64,000 nt of DNA, from assembly GCA_009859145.1 (NCBI GenBank), contig VRVR01000018.1, forward strand, positions 5,688 to 69,687, in the 5' to 3' direction. Of this stretch, positions 10,685 through 20,150 are shown piece by piece. Source of the stretch: Andalucia godoyi And28. Lineage: Eukaryota > Protista > Jakobida. Position 1 is the stretch's first letter. Every line of letters starts with the position of its first letter. A program made the translations under genes and the position numbers. The notes under the pieces were generated by a model. It did no database searches, was not told where the DNA came from, and saw nothing but the letters and a program-made list of their open reading frames with translations.

Positions 10685-10840
10685 AACGCCTACATTACAC
10701 ACTGAACATGCATATATATACGAACAGACATGCATATTCAATCTTGCATCCCGTTGCCGGGAAGGGGATAGGCCCCCAACACGCCTCACGGCGCTCTTCC
10801 GATAGATGTTCCGCGCTCCGTTCCCAATCTCGATCAATCG
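10685..10840 (-). ncRNA. Putative omega-RNA (Fanzor/TnpB guide scaffold), copy 1
   Basis: Lies at the element 3' end and overlaps the RuvC-III-coding remnant. Hairpins: CGCC-GTGA-GGCG, TGTTGG...CCGGCA, and a ~16-bp stem at 10703-10740. Pairing is largely kept in copy 2. Expression is unknown. Confidence 0.5.
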
Positions 10841-11247
10841 GTGAGCCACTTTCTCAGCGTGACACGGTGTTCCTGAGAAGGGTGCATTTTGATTCTGACG
10901 GCCCAGGCAGCAGGCGCTTTCGTGTCCTCAGTTGCAGCGATTGATGCAACTGGAGATATGAGAGTAGGAAGAGGCGGCAGGCGTAGTGACACGTGGTCTC
11001 TTAGGAGGTCTGCGGGACCTAGGAGGCCCTGTATCGAGCGACGTAGGCGTAGGCGAATGCGTCATCCCAGCGCACTCACGCCCACATTTGAATTAAAAAA
11101 GTGAAACCAACGAATGATAGAATAGATGGCTACGGATGCTGCGTTAAAGAGCGTCGAAAATGCAGAGCCTGTGTCGCAGGCTGAATTTTGGCCGAGCGTG
11201 CGGAAGCACGAATGCCTGTGAAACAAACGTGTTATTATTCAACGGCT
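10685..11247 (-). mobile_element. Non-autonomous, internally deleted Fanzor/TnpB-like element, copy 1 (element A1)
   Basis: Near-identical to 43763-44282. The minus strand encodes AVRIKMHPSQEHRVTLRKWL (10902-10845) fused to IDRD (10838-10827) and, after a 1-nt shift, NGARNIY (10822-10802), then a structured 3' end. Confidence 0.75.
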
Positions 11248-11536
11248 AACCATTTTGTGCATCAGCGTTGAATATCAAACATACAACATCATTCCGACAG
11301 TTTGGTTACCATCTAACCCCACGGGGACGCGATGTTCCTACCGTCGTCAAGTCGAGAAGGGTCTTAATTCTTCACATTTTATTCTTTCTATTATTTTATG
11401 TTTGTTTGTGTTTTAATAATCGAACCCTCAAGCAGACAAAACATCTCATGGCTCCAGAGAGGGGGATCTTCCCGACGAACTCAAACCGGCCATGCCCAAA
11501 GATTCCGAGAACAAGGAACTCGAGGTTGCGATAGCC

Positions 11537-11564
11537 CTTTGATGCAGAACAATCTGCATCAAAG
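11537..11564. repeat. Perfect 12-bp inverted repeat with 4-nt loop
   Basis: CTTTGATGCAGA-ACAA-TCTGCATCAAAG. Confidence 0.85.
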
Positions 11565-11916
11565 AGTAATTAATAAAAACAAAACAGCTTGTGGCTTGGA
11601 CCTGTCTTTGGTGACAGCTTAACCCGATGACCAATAAGAATTTCTACGTCAGCGTCATCCGAGTCGGCGTCTGGATGGAAGTGGTGGTATCCGGCGAATC
11701 CGTACATGGACTCGCGGATGCCGTTGAAGGAAGCGCCGGATTCGAGTGTTGCATCCGTTTCTTCTGTGATGCAATACTGATTTAAGGTAGCCGTTGCTGG
11801 CTGCAGTTACGAGGTTGATTACTTGACGACCATGCATCCATACTGAGAAATCTACTGTTGCAAGTTTGTTCTTGGACGTGTCACCGTAAAACATCTAACC
11901 AACTATCTAACTGTAG

Positions 11917-12216
11917 CCCTCCAACCGAAAACCTCGCCAAACATTTGGCTCGCATGACACGTCTCAGAAACAGATTATTTGGCGTAAAGTGACTTTTTAC
12001 AATTAGCGTGGGTGTGCAGGTCGAGGCCCCATGAGACGCTGTCGAATACTGACAACCGATTTCTTGTAATCGATGATGCGACAACAACCGGTTACCGCAG
12101 TCTGCAGAAGGGAAAAGGTCGGCCTTCATTCAACAGCAGCGTCGACGGCTGTCAACTTAGCCCTTACTATCCGATGATATATCGCAGCCGTCCACCCAGA
12201 CATCTGGGCTGGAGGG
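11917..12216. mobile_element. MITE-like element with short TIRs, copy 1 (element B1)
   Basis: Homologous to 51960-52283. CCCTCCAACC (11917-11926) pairs 9/10 with GGCTGGAGGG (12207-12216). TA lies one base outside each end (11914-15, 12218-19). No coding capacity recognised. Confidence 0.7.
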
Positions 12217-12372
12217 TTATAATTAAACAGGTTTGCTGGATGGCAAAAGGGTGACAAAAAAAAGTCCACCATCCCACAAGGACCCCAGCATCTGCAAGTT
12301 TTGAAGCGAGATAAGAGTGCACAAACTAGGAACAAAACACGCGATTGTCTGTTGCATGCTTCACACAAGAAA

Positions 12373-14523
12373 ATGAAGCGGCGGCGCGAACAGCTGGCGG
12401 CAGAGGCTGCGCTGTTTTCTCTCGTTTCGGTGATCGCGGGGATCTTCTACTGTTCACACTGTTTTCGAACGGTTGGACCTGGAGATTCCGGAGAACTGGT
12501 GCTGACTGCGCATCACTGGGCCGTTCCTCATCCCCCGGGATACCCGCTTTTCGTGCTTGTCAACTGGATTTGGCAAAAGGCATTCTTCTTCGTCGACTCG
12601 GTTGCATTTCGGATGAATCTTGGAAACGCTGTAGTCCAGGCGTGGGCGGCAGGATTCCACGCCCTAAATGTACACAGGCTGTCAGGGACACTGTCTTTGC
12701 TTGATGCTGCGCTGTTGTCGCTCGTGACATTCACAAGCTGCCTCTTTGTGTCCATATCTGGCTACGCAGAAGTATTCTCGTACCATTTACTGTTCTCGGA
12801 AGCTTTCATATACTGCACAATCCGTGTCCTGCAAGACAGCTGTCGCTCCGTGTTTCTCGTTTGTGGAGCAGTTCTTGCCGGGCTGTCCTTGGCGAATCAG
12901 CACACGTCCATCTTTGTTCTGTTCTCGGGAGTGCTGATGGTAGCCGTCACGCTAAGACTGTCCCGCACTCAGTTTTTCGTTTGCAGCGTTGTATCCGCGG
13001 GGGTGTGCTGCTCTGTTTACGGTATGCTTCCCATTGCTGAAGCATGGAGCTTTGGGTCCCGCCACAACCCACATTCCTGGGGATTTACAGCCCATTTTGA
13101 ATCATTCGTCAGTCATCTGCTCCGAAGAGACTACGGGACGCTGACATTATTTCCGGGTGCTGTGGACACAGGAGAGACGCATCCGATGCGCGCTTACTTT
13201 TCGGATTCGATGTCCATACTATACTACTACATGGTTAGAGACTACTCTGTAGCAGCCTACGCAGCGATTGCTTTGGCGATTGCAACGTGTTTTTCTAACG
13301 TCTTCTTTGGATCGCGGAGGACAAGTGCTTGTGTTTACTTTCTTGCACTCTCTCAATTCATGTACATAACGGTGTTCTTCTCCCTGAGCAATCTGAGTAC
13401 CAAAGCAGTCCAGGAATCTGACTTGCGCTTGTACGGCGTGTTCTCCCGATTTCTTGTGCTGCCGATAGCCATCACGTTCTTGCTGGCTGTCCCGTCGACC
13501 GACAACATTACACGGACGTGTGGACTGCGAACTCGAAACATGCTGACGTTCACGCTGGCTTGCTTTCTGATATTGGCAGTATTTGGAGGTAGCTTCATCG
13601 GAATACCATCCCCGGTGTCGAACACTGAAAATGCCATATTCCAAGAATTTGCGCACGCCACCCTAGGCTCCCTTCCTCCTCGGGCCATATTGTTCACAAA
13701 AGGTGATTTGGCGACAAACGCGCTTCGATACTCACGATTTGTCGAAGGTGTTCGCCCGGACATTCTCCTGTCCGACATGGAGCTTCTTACACAACCATGG
13801 ATGGTTCTCGGCCTTCGAGAACTCTATGGACAGGATCTACTCCTCCCAGGAACCTCCTATGGCAAAGATCGTTCTCTGCAGTTTCTCATGCGGGAAATCG
13901 CGCAGGCGAATCCTGGGAGACGGATCTTTTTTGTACCTCATATCAAGGACGGCGACCATTCACTGTCCACCTCGTACAGCATCGTCCCGAACGGTTTCGC
14001 CGTTGAAGTGCTTCGCAAGCACTCTCCAGCAGCCAACAGCATGTGGCAGAGTCGGTTGCGAAATCCCAGAGAGTTTTTTGACACATTCTTCGTCTCCAAA
14101 AGTGTCTTGGTTCCGTTTGACTTCTTATCACGGCACTCGAGAAGGGGACGATATCCAGAAGATGGCTGGGAAAATCCTTTGGTCAGTGTGGTCGCAAATC
14201 TAATGATGGAATCCTACCTCATGCATTTCGATCCACAGCCTCCAACAGGCCAGCACAACTCGTGCACACGAGATGCAGTGCACGTGTCTGGAGCTCTGAG
14301 GCTATTCAACAACTTACGGAGCGACTTGTGCGCAGTCGGCTCGCCGTTCTGCGGTTTGTACTGGAAGAACTTGTGTCGTTTCTACCAAATTTCCAATTTA
14401 GACCAAGATCTCGAGCACTGTATTCGAGGAACGCTGCAGAGCAAGATTTGGAATCCCCAGCAGGAAGATTTTCGCACGATACTTGCAATGAAACAGATCA
14501 GCCGAGAGACTATCTTTGTGTAA
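12373..14523 (+). CDS. TMEM260/DUF2723-family protein O-mannosyltransferase-like membrane protein
   Basis: GPGDSGEL...VPHPPGYPLF, AEVFSYH and GLSLANQHTS motifs; multiple TM helices. Confidence 0.88.
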   Translation: MKRRREQLAAEAALFSLVSVIAGIFYCSHCFRTVGPGDSGELVLTAHHWAVPHPPGYPLFVLVNWIWQKAFFFVDSVAFRMNLGNAVVQAWAAGFHALNVHRLSGTLSLLDAALLSLVTFTSCLFVSISGYAEVFSYHLLFSEAFIYCTIRVLQDSCRSVFLVCGAVLAGLSLANQHTSIFVLFSGVLMVAVTLRLSRTQFFVCSVVSAGVCCSVYGMLPIAEAWSFGSRHNPHSWGFTAHFESFVSHLLRRDYGTLTLFPGAVDTGETHPMRAYFSDSMSILYYYMVRDYSVAAYAAIALAIATCFSNVFFGSRRTSACVYFLALSQFMYITVFFSLSNLSTKAVQESDLRLYGVFSRFLVLPIAITFLLAVPSTDNITRTCGLRTRNMLTFTLACFLILAVFGGSFIGIPSPVSNTENAIFQEFAHATLGSLPPRAILFTKGDLATNALRYSRFVEGVRPDILLSDMELLTQPWMVLGLRELYGQDLLLPGTSYGKDRSLQFLMREIAQANPGRRIFFVPHIKDGDHSLSTSYSIVPNGFAVEVLRKHSPAANSMWQSRLRNPREFFDTFFVSKSVLVPFDFLSRHSRRGRYPEDGWENPLVSVVANLMMESYLMHFDPQPPTGQHNSCTRDAVHVSGALRLFNNLRSDLCAVGSPFCGLYWKNLCRFYQISNLDQDLEHCIRGTLQSKIWNPQQEDFRTILAMKQISRETIFV

Positions 14524-14643
14524 AGCTGTCCATTATATCAACAAGAAAAGCACTTTTAGGATGGGAGAAGGAGGAAAGTAAACCATGAAAGAAAAACATC
14601 TAGCTTTTTACAACAACAACAACATAGACGCGATGCAGCTTCG

Positions 14644-16236
14644 TTACGCGCGCTTTTGCTGCGACTGCGACTGCGACTGTGTCTGTTGAGGTGTGGTGAC
14701 AATGCGTCGCGGACCGTCATTTTCCTTTCGCATCATCAGTGCAACCGCAGACGGACCATCCGAATCACGAGCACCTGGAGGACGGTATGGAGCAGGCTTG
14801 ACTGCGGCTGTGGCATTCTGCACCTGCTTGTCGCCAAGCTCCTTCGCTTCTTTTCTTCCCTGCGCAGAAGGAGGGCGAGCAGGGAACAGCGACTTTGAGG
14901 ACGGTCTCCACATAACGGTGTACAATTCGTCAAACTTCTTTTCTGCCAACTTCACTCCCGAGTACTTCCAGATTGTGACATTGTTGTCCACTTTGAGACG
15001 CGGAAACGTTGTCGCAGTTGCAAAATATCTTCCACAAGGAGACCACGAGTATGTGACAGGATGGTGGGCCCGAACCGTGCAAAGACGCTTCCACTTCTTG
15101 CCGTCACGATCCCAGAAATCCATCTCGCCAGGCAGCGATCCAAACCCACCAAGCACGAGCATCCTGCCGAAGCGGTTGAACGACACCGTGTTTCGCGCAA
15201 GAGAACCGAAATCAAATATAGGTTGACATTTCGCATCGAAGCAGATCGCACGAGGCGGCATGGCACCCTGGATGGCAACAAACTCTTCGCCATTGGGGGA
15301 CCACGCGACGTCGTGAATCTGTCCTTCTGTCTGGAAGGGAACCTCCATGGATGTTCCATCAACGCCTGCAAAATACAGTCTGCTGGTTCCGTAATAAGAT
15401 TTTCCAGAAGTATCGACATCCGTTTGCACCAGAATCAGAAGAGCGGTTCCCAGCGAGTTCCACATGACTTTCACCGAGTCCACCTTGAAGAATGCTCGCG
15501 TGACGATCACCTGATCTTCGCGCAGTTGGGGATAGCGATAAATCTTGACAGAAGACGGACCCCCTTTGGCACCGCCACAAAATACCGAAATTGCTGGTGG
15601 GTGGGATGGCGCGAGAGACCAGGACGCCAGCGATTTCGCTGCGAGCTTTTGGCGGACATGGTCACTGCGAAGAGCACCGTCCAGGAAGAGCAGTTCTTCC
15701 GATCCCATTCTGCAGCACATGCCCTCGTCGGCGGTCCACTGGATGGACGGCCACGTGTCCTTGGCAATCGTCTTTTGCCAGAACCGATACACAGAACGGA
15801 AGTCCGAGCAAGCCCACACAACAACATTTCCGTCGACCGACTCGGTCTCGGGATCGACAGGTCTTCTATACGTGCACAAAAACGTGGAGAGCGGTGAAAA
15901 TGCAATTGCCTGCACGCGCTGCTCGTCTAACACCCGCAATAGCTGTCCCGTGGCAGCATCCAACAGCTTCACGTGATCCTCGACCGAGTCAATTAACGCA
16001 ATGTACTTGCCATCCGGAGAAAATTCAAATCGACCAACATTTGCATACTTTCCAATGGCCCCCGAGTTGGAAGCACCACCCGCATCGCCAAAATTGGGTG
16101 CATTCAGTAGGTGCAGACCGTCTTTCGCAAAGGCGACCATCCGATGAAAATCCGTCGGACCATTGTCACGGACAGGTCGATTTTCAGCCTGCGAAGAAGC
16201 CGCAGAAGCCGGTGAACTTGAAGAAGAACCGTCCAT
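14644..16236 (-). CDS. EIF2A: Eukaryotic translation initiation factor 2A (WD beta-propeller)
   Basis: QTDVDTSGKSYYG, GQIHDVAWSP, GGFGSLPGEMDFWD, WSPCGRYF...PRLKVDN, PAPYRPPGAR. Confidence 0.93.
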   Translation of the reverse strand: MDGSSSSSPASAASSQAENRPVRDNGPTDFHRMVAFAKDGLHLLNAPNFGDAGGASNSGAIGKYANVGRFEFSPDGKYIALIDSVEDHVKLLDAATGQLLRVLDEQRVQAIAFSPLSTFLCTYRRPVDPETESVDGNVVVWACSDFRSVYRFWQKTIAKDTWPSIQWTADEGMCCRMGSEELLFLDGALRSDHVRQKLAAKSLASWSLAPSHPPAISVFCGGAKGGPSSVKIYRYPQLREDQVIVTRAFFKVDSVKVMWNSLGTALLILVQTDVDTSGKSYYGTSRLYFAGVDGTSMEVPFQTEGQIHDVAWSPNGEEFVAIQGAMPPRAICFDAKCQPIFDFGSLARNTVSFNRFGRMLVLGGFGSLPGEMDFWDRDGKKWKRLCTVRAHHPVTYSWSPCGRYFATATTFPRLKVDNNVTIWKYSGVKLAEKKFDELYTVMWRPSSKSLFPARPPSAQGRKEAKELGDKQVQNATAAVKPAPYRPPGARDSDGPSAVALMMRKENDGPRRIVTTPQQTQSQSQSQQKRA

Positions 16237-16788
16237 CTCAAGCCCTGATCAAATCAGAAAGAAGAAAGAAAGAAAGAAAGGAAAAAAGGGGGAAAAAAAG
16301 ACGTGCCGCGAAAAAATAAAAAGAAGACGCAAAAACCAAAACCAAACACACACACACACACTCTCACACACACACACATACACACAGAAGCCCACCTTTG
16401 GATGTGTGTGCATGTGGTGCAGAATTGCAATCTCGCTTGCTCTTGAGTGATCTAGCATCCGTTGATGCTACGGAGAGGTGCGGCGCACCTGAGTCGGGCG
16501 AGAGAAAGCCTGAGCGCAAGAGCCCGCAGCCCGCGCGCGCACACTCGTCCCTCCATTGTTTTTAAAATATGTATATATATTTGAAATAAATTTTAAATTC
16601 TCTTCTTTTTTCTTCTTCTCTTTCCCACTTCTGTTCTTGTCTGAGAGAATCGGGATAGGCTTTAACGTTGGTTTTCGCCGCTGTCGGAAACTACGTTTTG
16701 GGAAATTTGGGTTCTTCTGTCCAGTTGACAACGGAGGAAATAGAAAAAGAAAGCCAAGAGTCGGGACGGAGTTCATTTGGTTTTCGCC

Positions 16789-18192
16789 ATGTGGACTCGG
16801 GCGGCTGCTTCATATCCATTCTTGCACGCAATCGACAAGGGTCGAGAAACATTGTACTCCTTTTGCGATGATGCGGCGCTGGCTGCTGGGCTTCCGTTGG
16901 ATCAGTTTTGCTTCATCCTGTCGATGGTTTTCGCGATTTCCTGCTCGCCGTTGTATCGATTCGTACGCCACGGTGTCCTGCGCGATCTTTTTTCAATGTC
17001 GTTTGGCGTTGCTATGCTGTTCTTCACTTTCGGCCTGAGTGCTCTTAATGTTGTGATCCTCGTTCTTGCCTCCTTTGTGATGCTGTCGTCCCCGATCTTG
17101 ACCGTCGCGTTTTGCTTGACCTCTTGCTCACTCATGCACATCTACAGAATGTACTATTACTATCTCGATGACGGCGTCGATTTCTCGGCTCCCTTCATGA
17201 TTGCAGTCCTGAAGATCATGGGCACTTCTCTCAATGTAGCTGACGGAAAGAGGCAGTGGAAGGAGTCGCCGACTGCGAACGTCTCGCTGCAGTCCAAGCC
17301 AGGGATCATGGAGTACCTGGGATACTGTTTCTTTTTTCCTTCCGTCATGGCCGGCCCCGTCTTTGACTTTAAGACGTACCGGAAGGAAATCCATGAAAAA
17401 ACCACAGTGCCGATTGACGGGATTCCATTTTTCAAGAAGGTCTTTTGGATCGCTGTTCTGTTCCTACTATTTAACATTTCTGAGCATTCTTTTCCACGGT
17501 CATCGCTCGACCCGGCTGGTTTGGACCGGTTTTCGTTTGGAAAGAATCTGCTGCATGTTTGGATTGTTCCAGCGCTGTTTCGATCTCGATTCTATCTTGT
17601 TTGGACTTTGTCCGAAGCCGCTCTCTGTCTTGTTGGTCTCTCGCACATTTGGAATGCGGACTGGTTCGGCACCGAGTTTTGCTCGAGCGCTCAGCTTGTG
17701 TGCAACCGGTGGAATCACTCTGTTGCGTCTTGGCTCCAGAAATATGTTTACTTCCGCTTGTCGTCCAAGACGGACCGCAAATCGGGGGTTAAGGCACAGT
17801 TTGCAACGTTCTTTGTGAGCTGCATTTGGCACGGTTTCTACCCGGGCTACCTCTTCTTCTTCGTTTCAGCCTCCATCTTGGTAACAATCTCGAAGAATCT
17901 ACGACGTGTCTTTCGCGGCCGGCTGATGCAGACGAGTTCCACTGTGTCCATAAGCCCGGCCGTGTGGGCCGTCTACGATTTTCTCGGAGTGGTCGGGACA
18001 ATGGGCATGCTTTCGTATCTCGGAGTCCCCTTCATGCTTTTGGATTGGAACACTATTATCCGATTTTACAACCACTTTTATTGGATTGGTCATATCGCCA
18101 CACTGTCCGTCCTCCTGTTTTCCATCTGTGCTCAGCCACGTCGTTTCTCGTCGGGACGCGAACTCCCACCAGCTGAAAAGAAGCAGAAATAG
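16789..18192 (+). CDS. MBOAT lysophospholipid acyltransferase (Ale1/LPCAT3-like)
   Basis: YLGYCFFFPSVMAGP, WNHSVASWLQKYVY and SCIWHGFYPGY with the catalytic His. Confidence 0.92.
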   Translation: MWTRAAASYPFLHAIDKGRETLYSFCDDAALAAGLPLDQFCFILSMVFAISCSPLYRFVRHGVLRDLFSMSFGVAMLFFTFGLSALNVVILVLASFVMLSSPILTVAFCLTSCSLMHIYRMYYYYLDDGVDFSAPFMIAVLKIMGTSLNVADGKRQWKESPTANVSLQSKPGIMEYLGYCFFFPSVMAGPVFDFKTYRKEIHEKTTVPIDGIPFFKKVFWIAVLFLLFNISEHSFPRSSLDPAGLDRFSFGKNLLHVWIVPALFRSRFYLVWTLSEAALCLVGLSHIWNADWFGTEFCSSAQLVCNRWNHSVASWLQKYVYFRLSSKTDRKSGVKAQFATFFVSCIWHGFYPGYLFFFVSASILVTISKNLRRVFRGRLMQTSSTVSISPAVWAVYDFLGVVGTMGMLSYLGVPFMLLDWNTIIRFYNHFYWIGHIATLSVLLFSICAQPRRFSSGRELPPAEKKQK

Positions 18193-18583
18193 TGCGCGGT
18201 CTGACCTTCGGCCTTGTAGATCTTTTAGATTTTCTGCCTCATGTCCCTCGGTGCGCCCCCGACTCCCCGTTACCGGTTGCCCGTCGCCTCTTCTTGTTGG
18301 AACCAAATAAAACAAATTTTGCTAGACCTTAATGCGGCATCCAGCCAACCGTAAAAAAATACTTTTTAAAAAAATGCTTTTGTCGTGAATCCGCCTCGTG
18401 TGACCTCATTCCCAATGCAAAAAGAAGCCTGCCTTGAGAGATAGCAAATCAAAACAAAAGAAAAGAAATGCAGGTTTCCGTGTGTGCACTATTTTGTGGC
18501 ATCATTTGTTTTGTTGAAGAGGTCACATCGAAAAGTAAACAGGAGAACCGGAGGAACAAATATACGGGACGGCGCTTACTGTG

Positions 18584-19317
18584 ATGGATATCGGGCGGTT
18601 TGTGAGAACGATGTATCGTCAGATACTGTCGGACAGCAGGCAGCTTGGTCGTGTTCGTGACCGCGAGTATGTGAAACGCGTCGTCCAGTTTTCGTTTCGG
18701 AGCCACATGCAAGAAGAAGCCGAAGATGTCGACCAGCTCATTCAGCAAGGACTGCACGCAATACGCCTTGTACGAACTGCTCTTCTCGATCCGGAGTCTT
18801 CCGAAGCACGCGTTATTGAGAAAATGGCAGATTTTCACGCCCAAAAGGTCGGGCTTCTGTCGCATTCGTCCTCTGTCGATATTGGTGATCTAGTCGCAAA
18901 CCCCGTGTTTCCCGTATGTCTCTTTCTTTTTAAAGTTGGCTCTTTTCCTTTCTTCTTTTCTGCGTCGCATTGTAGGATTGGAATCGCCAAATTGTTCGTT
19001 TGCTCTCTAACAAACCATCAAATGCACTATTCTGGGGACAGGTGGAGGAAAAGATCGAGGATTCTGCATTCGCCGAAGTCGGCAGAAGAGTGTATGCGCA
19101 GCTTCGCATGGACGAACGCACGGCATTTCCTCCGTCCTTTCTGCGATCTGAGCTTGATAGTGTGCTGGCCACTGAGACTGCTTTGGAAGAGATGTCGGAC
19201 AAGGAGGGCATTGAGCTGTTTGAGAAGCTCCGGGCCTCTGTATCGGATCCTTTGCTGGGAGCTCCGTTGCAACAATCCAACGATGAGAGTAACGCGAACG
19301 GTTCATCCAGGCGTTGA
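18584..19317 (+). CDS. Two-exon protein with an N-terminal LYR-motif-like region
   Basis: Exon 1 to 18913, GTATGT...TAG intron 18914-18975, exon 2 18976-19317 in frame. N-terminus VRTMYRQILSDSRQL...YVKRVVQFSFR resembles Complex1_LYR. Confidence 0.6.
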
Positions 19318-19356
19318 GTGGTGATATTTCCCGGCGTCGCCGCATTGATGACGAAG

Positions 19357-19755
19357 CTAATCTGCGGAGTGCTCAGACATTTTCATCGGATTGTACACTT
19401 GGTACATCATATTTCTGCGGATGGAAAGCTCTCGAGCGTCCTGGCACGTTGCGCATGGACAGCAGCAGCACACTGCCAAGCAGTCTGCATTGAAATTCTG
19501 GCCCATTCTGTTTGTTTGTCGCAGTTGCTGTCGTGTGTGAAACTCGCTTGGTAAACAAAGAACATCGCAAAGTGTCATTGACCGTCCATCGGCAGCAGCC
19601 TTGTTCTTCGCTGCGAGGCAACAAGGCAGAAATGCACCGAGCAGACAAATCCGTCGCGTCGAAATGCGATATTGTCGGTCAATGTCCACCGAAGTGCACT
19701 GAAATAGCCCCGAGTTCCAATCCGTGGGCTGCGGAACGACGTCGATTGAGCTCAT
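19357..19755 (-). CDS. PLAC8-family cysteine-rich protein
   Basis: DWNSGLFQC, GAFLPCC and DCLAVCCCCPCATCQDAREL. Confidence 0.88.
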   Translation of the reverse strand: MSSIDVVPQPTDWNSGLFQCTSVDIDRQYRISTRRICLLGAFLPCCLAAKNKAAADGRSMTLCDVLCLPSEFHTRQQLRQTNRMGQNFNADCLAVCCCCPCATCQDARELSIRRNMMYQVYNPMKMSEHSAD

Positions 19756-20150
19756 TAAAAGAATCAGTCTAAGCAATGAAAATTCCTAAGAAAATCATTA
19801 TGTAATGCATATGAGCAAAAGAAAGAAAGAAAGAGAGGGAGAGAGAGAGAGAGAGAGAGAACATAAGCAGCAATCATGAAAATGGCTCACGATTCTGTCT
19901 TTGAAGGTCTGTCGTGGGTTCTCCCCTGTTGTAGCGGCTTGCGTTGCCGAGGAGGGAAACTCGCGCTGTAAAAATTCAATCAGTGGAGTCTTTCCTGTGT
20001 CATGTTTTGCTTCCTTTTCCGGCTCTTTTTTTCGTCAACTTTACAGAAACAACTGCCTCGTTCGTGTACAGACGTCTCGTTAGACTGGATAAAAAACAAA
20101 CCGAACCAAAAAAAGAAAGAAAAAAAGAAGAAGAAAGAAAAAAAAAAACA

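Noticed and set aside
10708-10944. Plus-strand ORFs HAYSILHPV... shared by both A copies (also 43755-44048)
   Set aside because: Differences between the copies in this frame are about as often non-synonymous as synonymous, and the starts and ends differ. These are shadows of the repeat.
10685-11247. Element A as a housekeeping ncRNA (U3, RNase P/MRP, SRP, telomerase RNA) or a Helitron
   Set aside because: No box C/D, CR-I/CR-V, SRP helix-8 or telomeric template motif was found. The CTAG after the CGTGC-GNAA-GCACG hairpin occurs only in copy 2, and homology continues past it. The TnpB-like coding remnants explain the repeat better.
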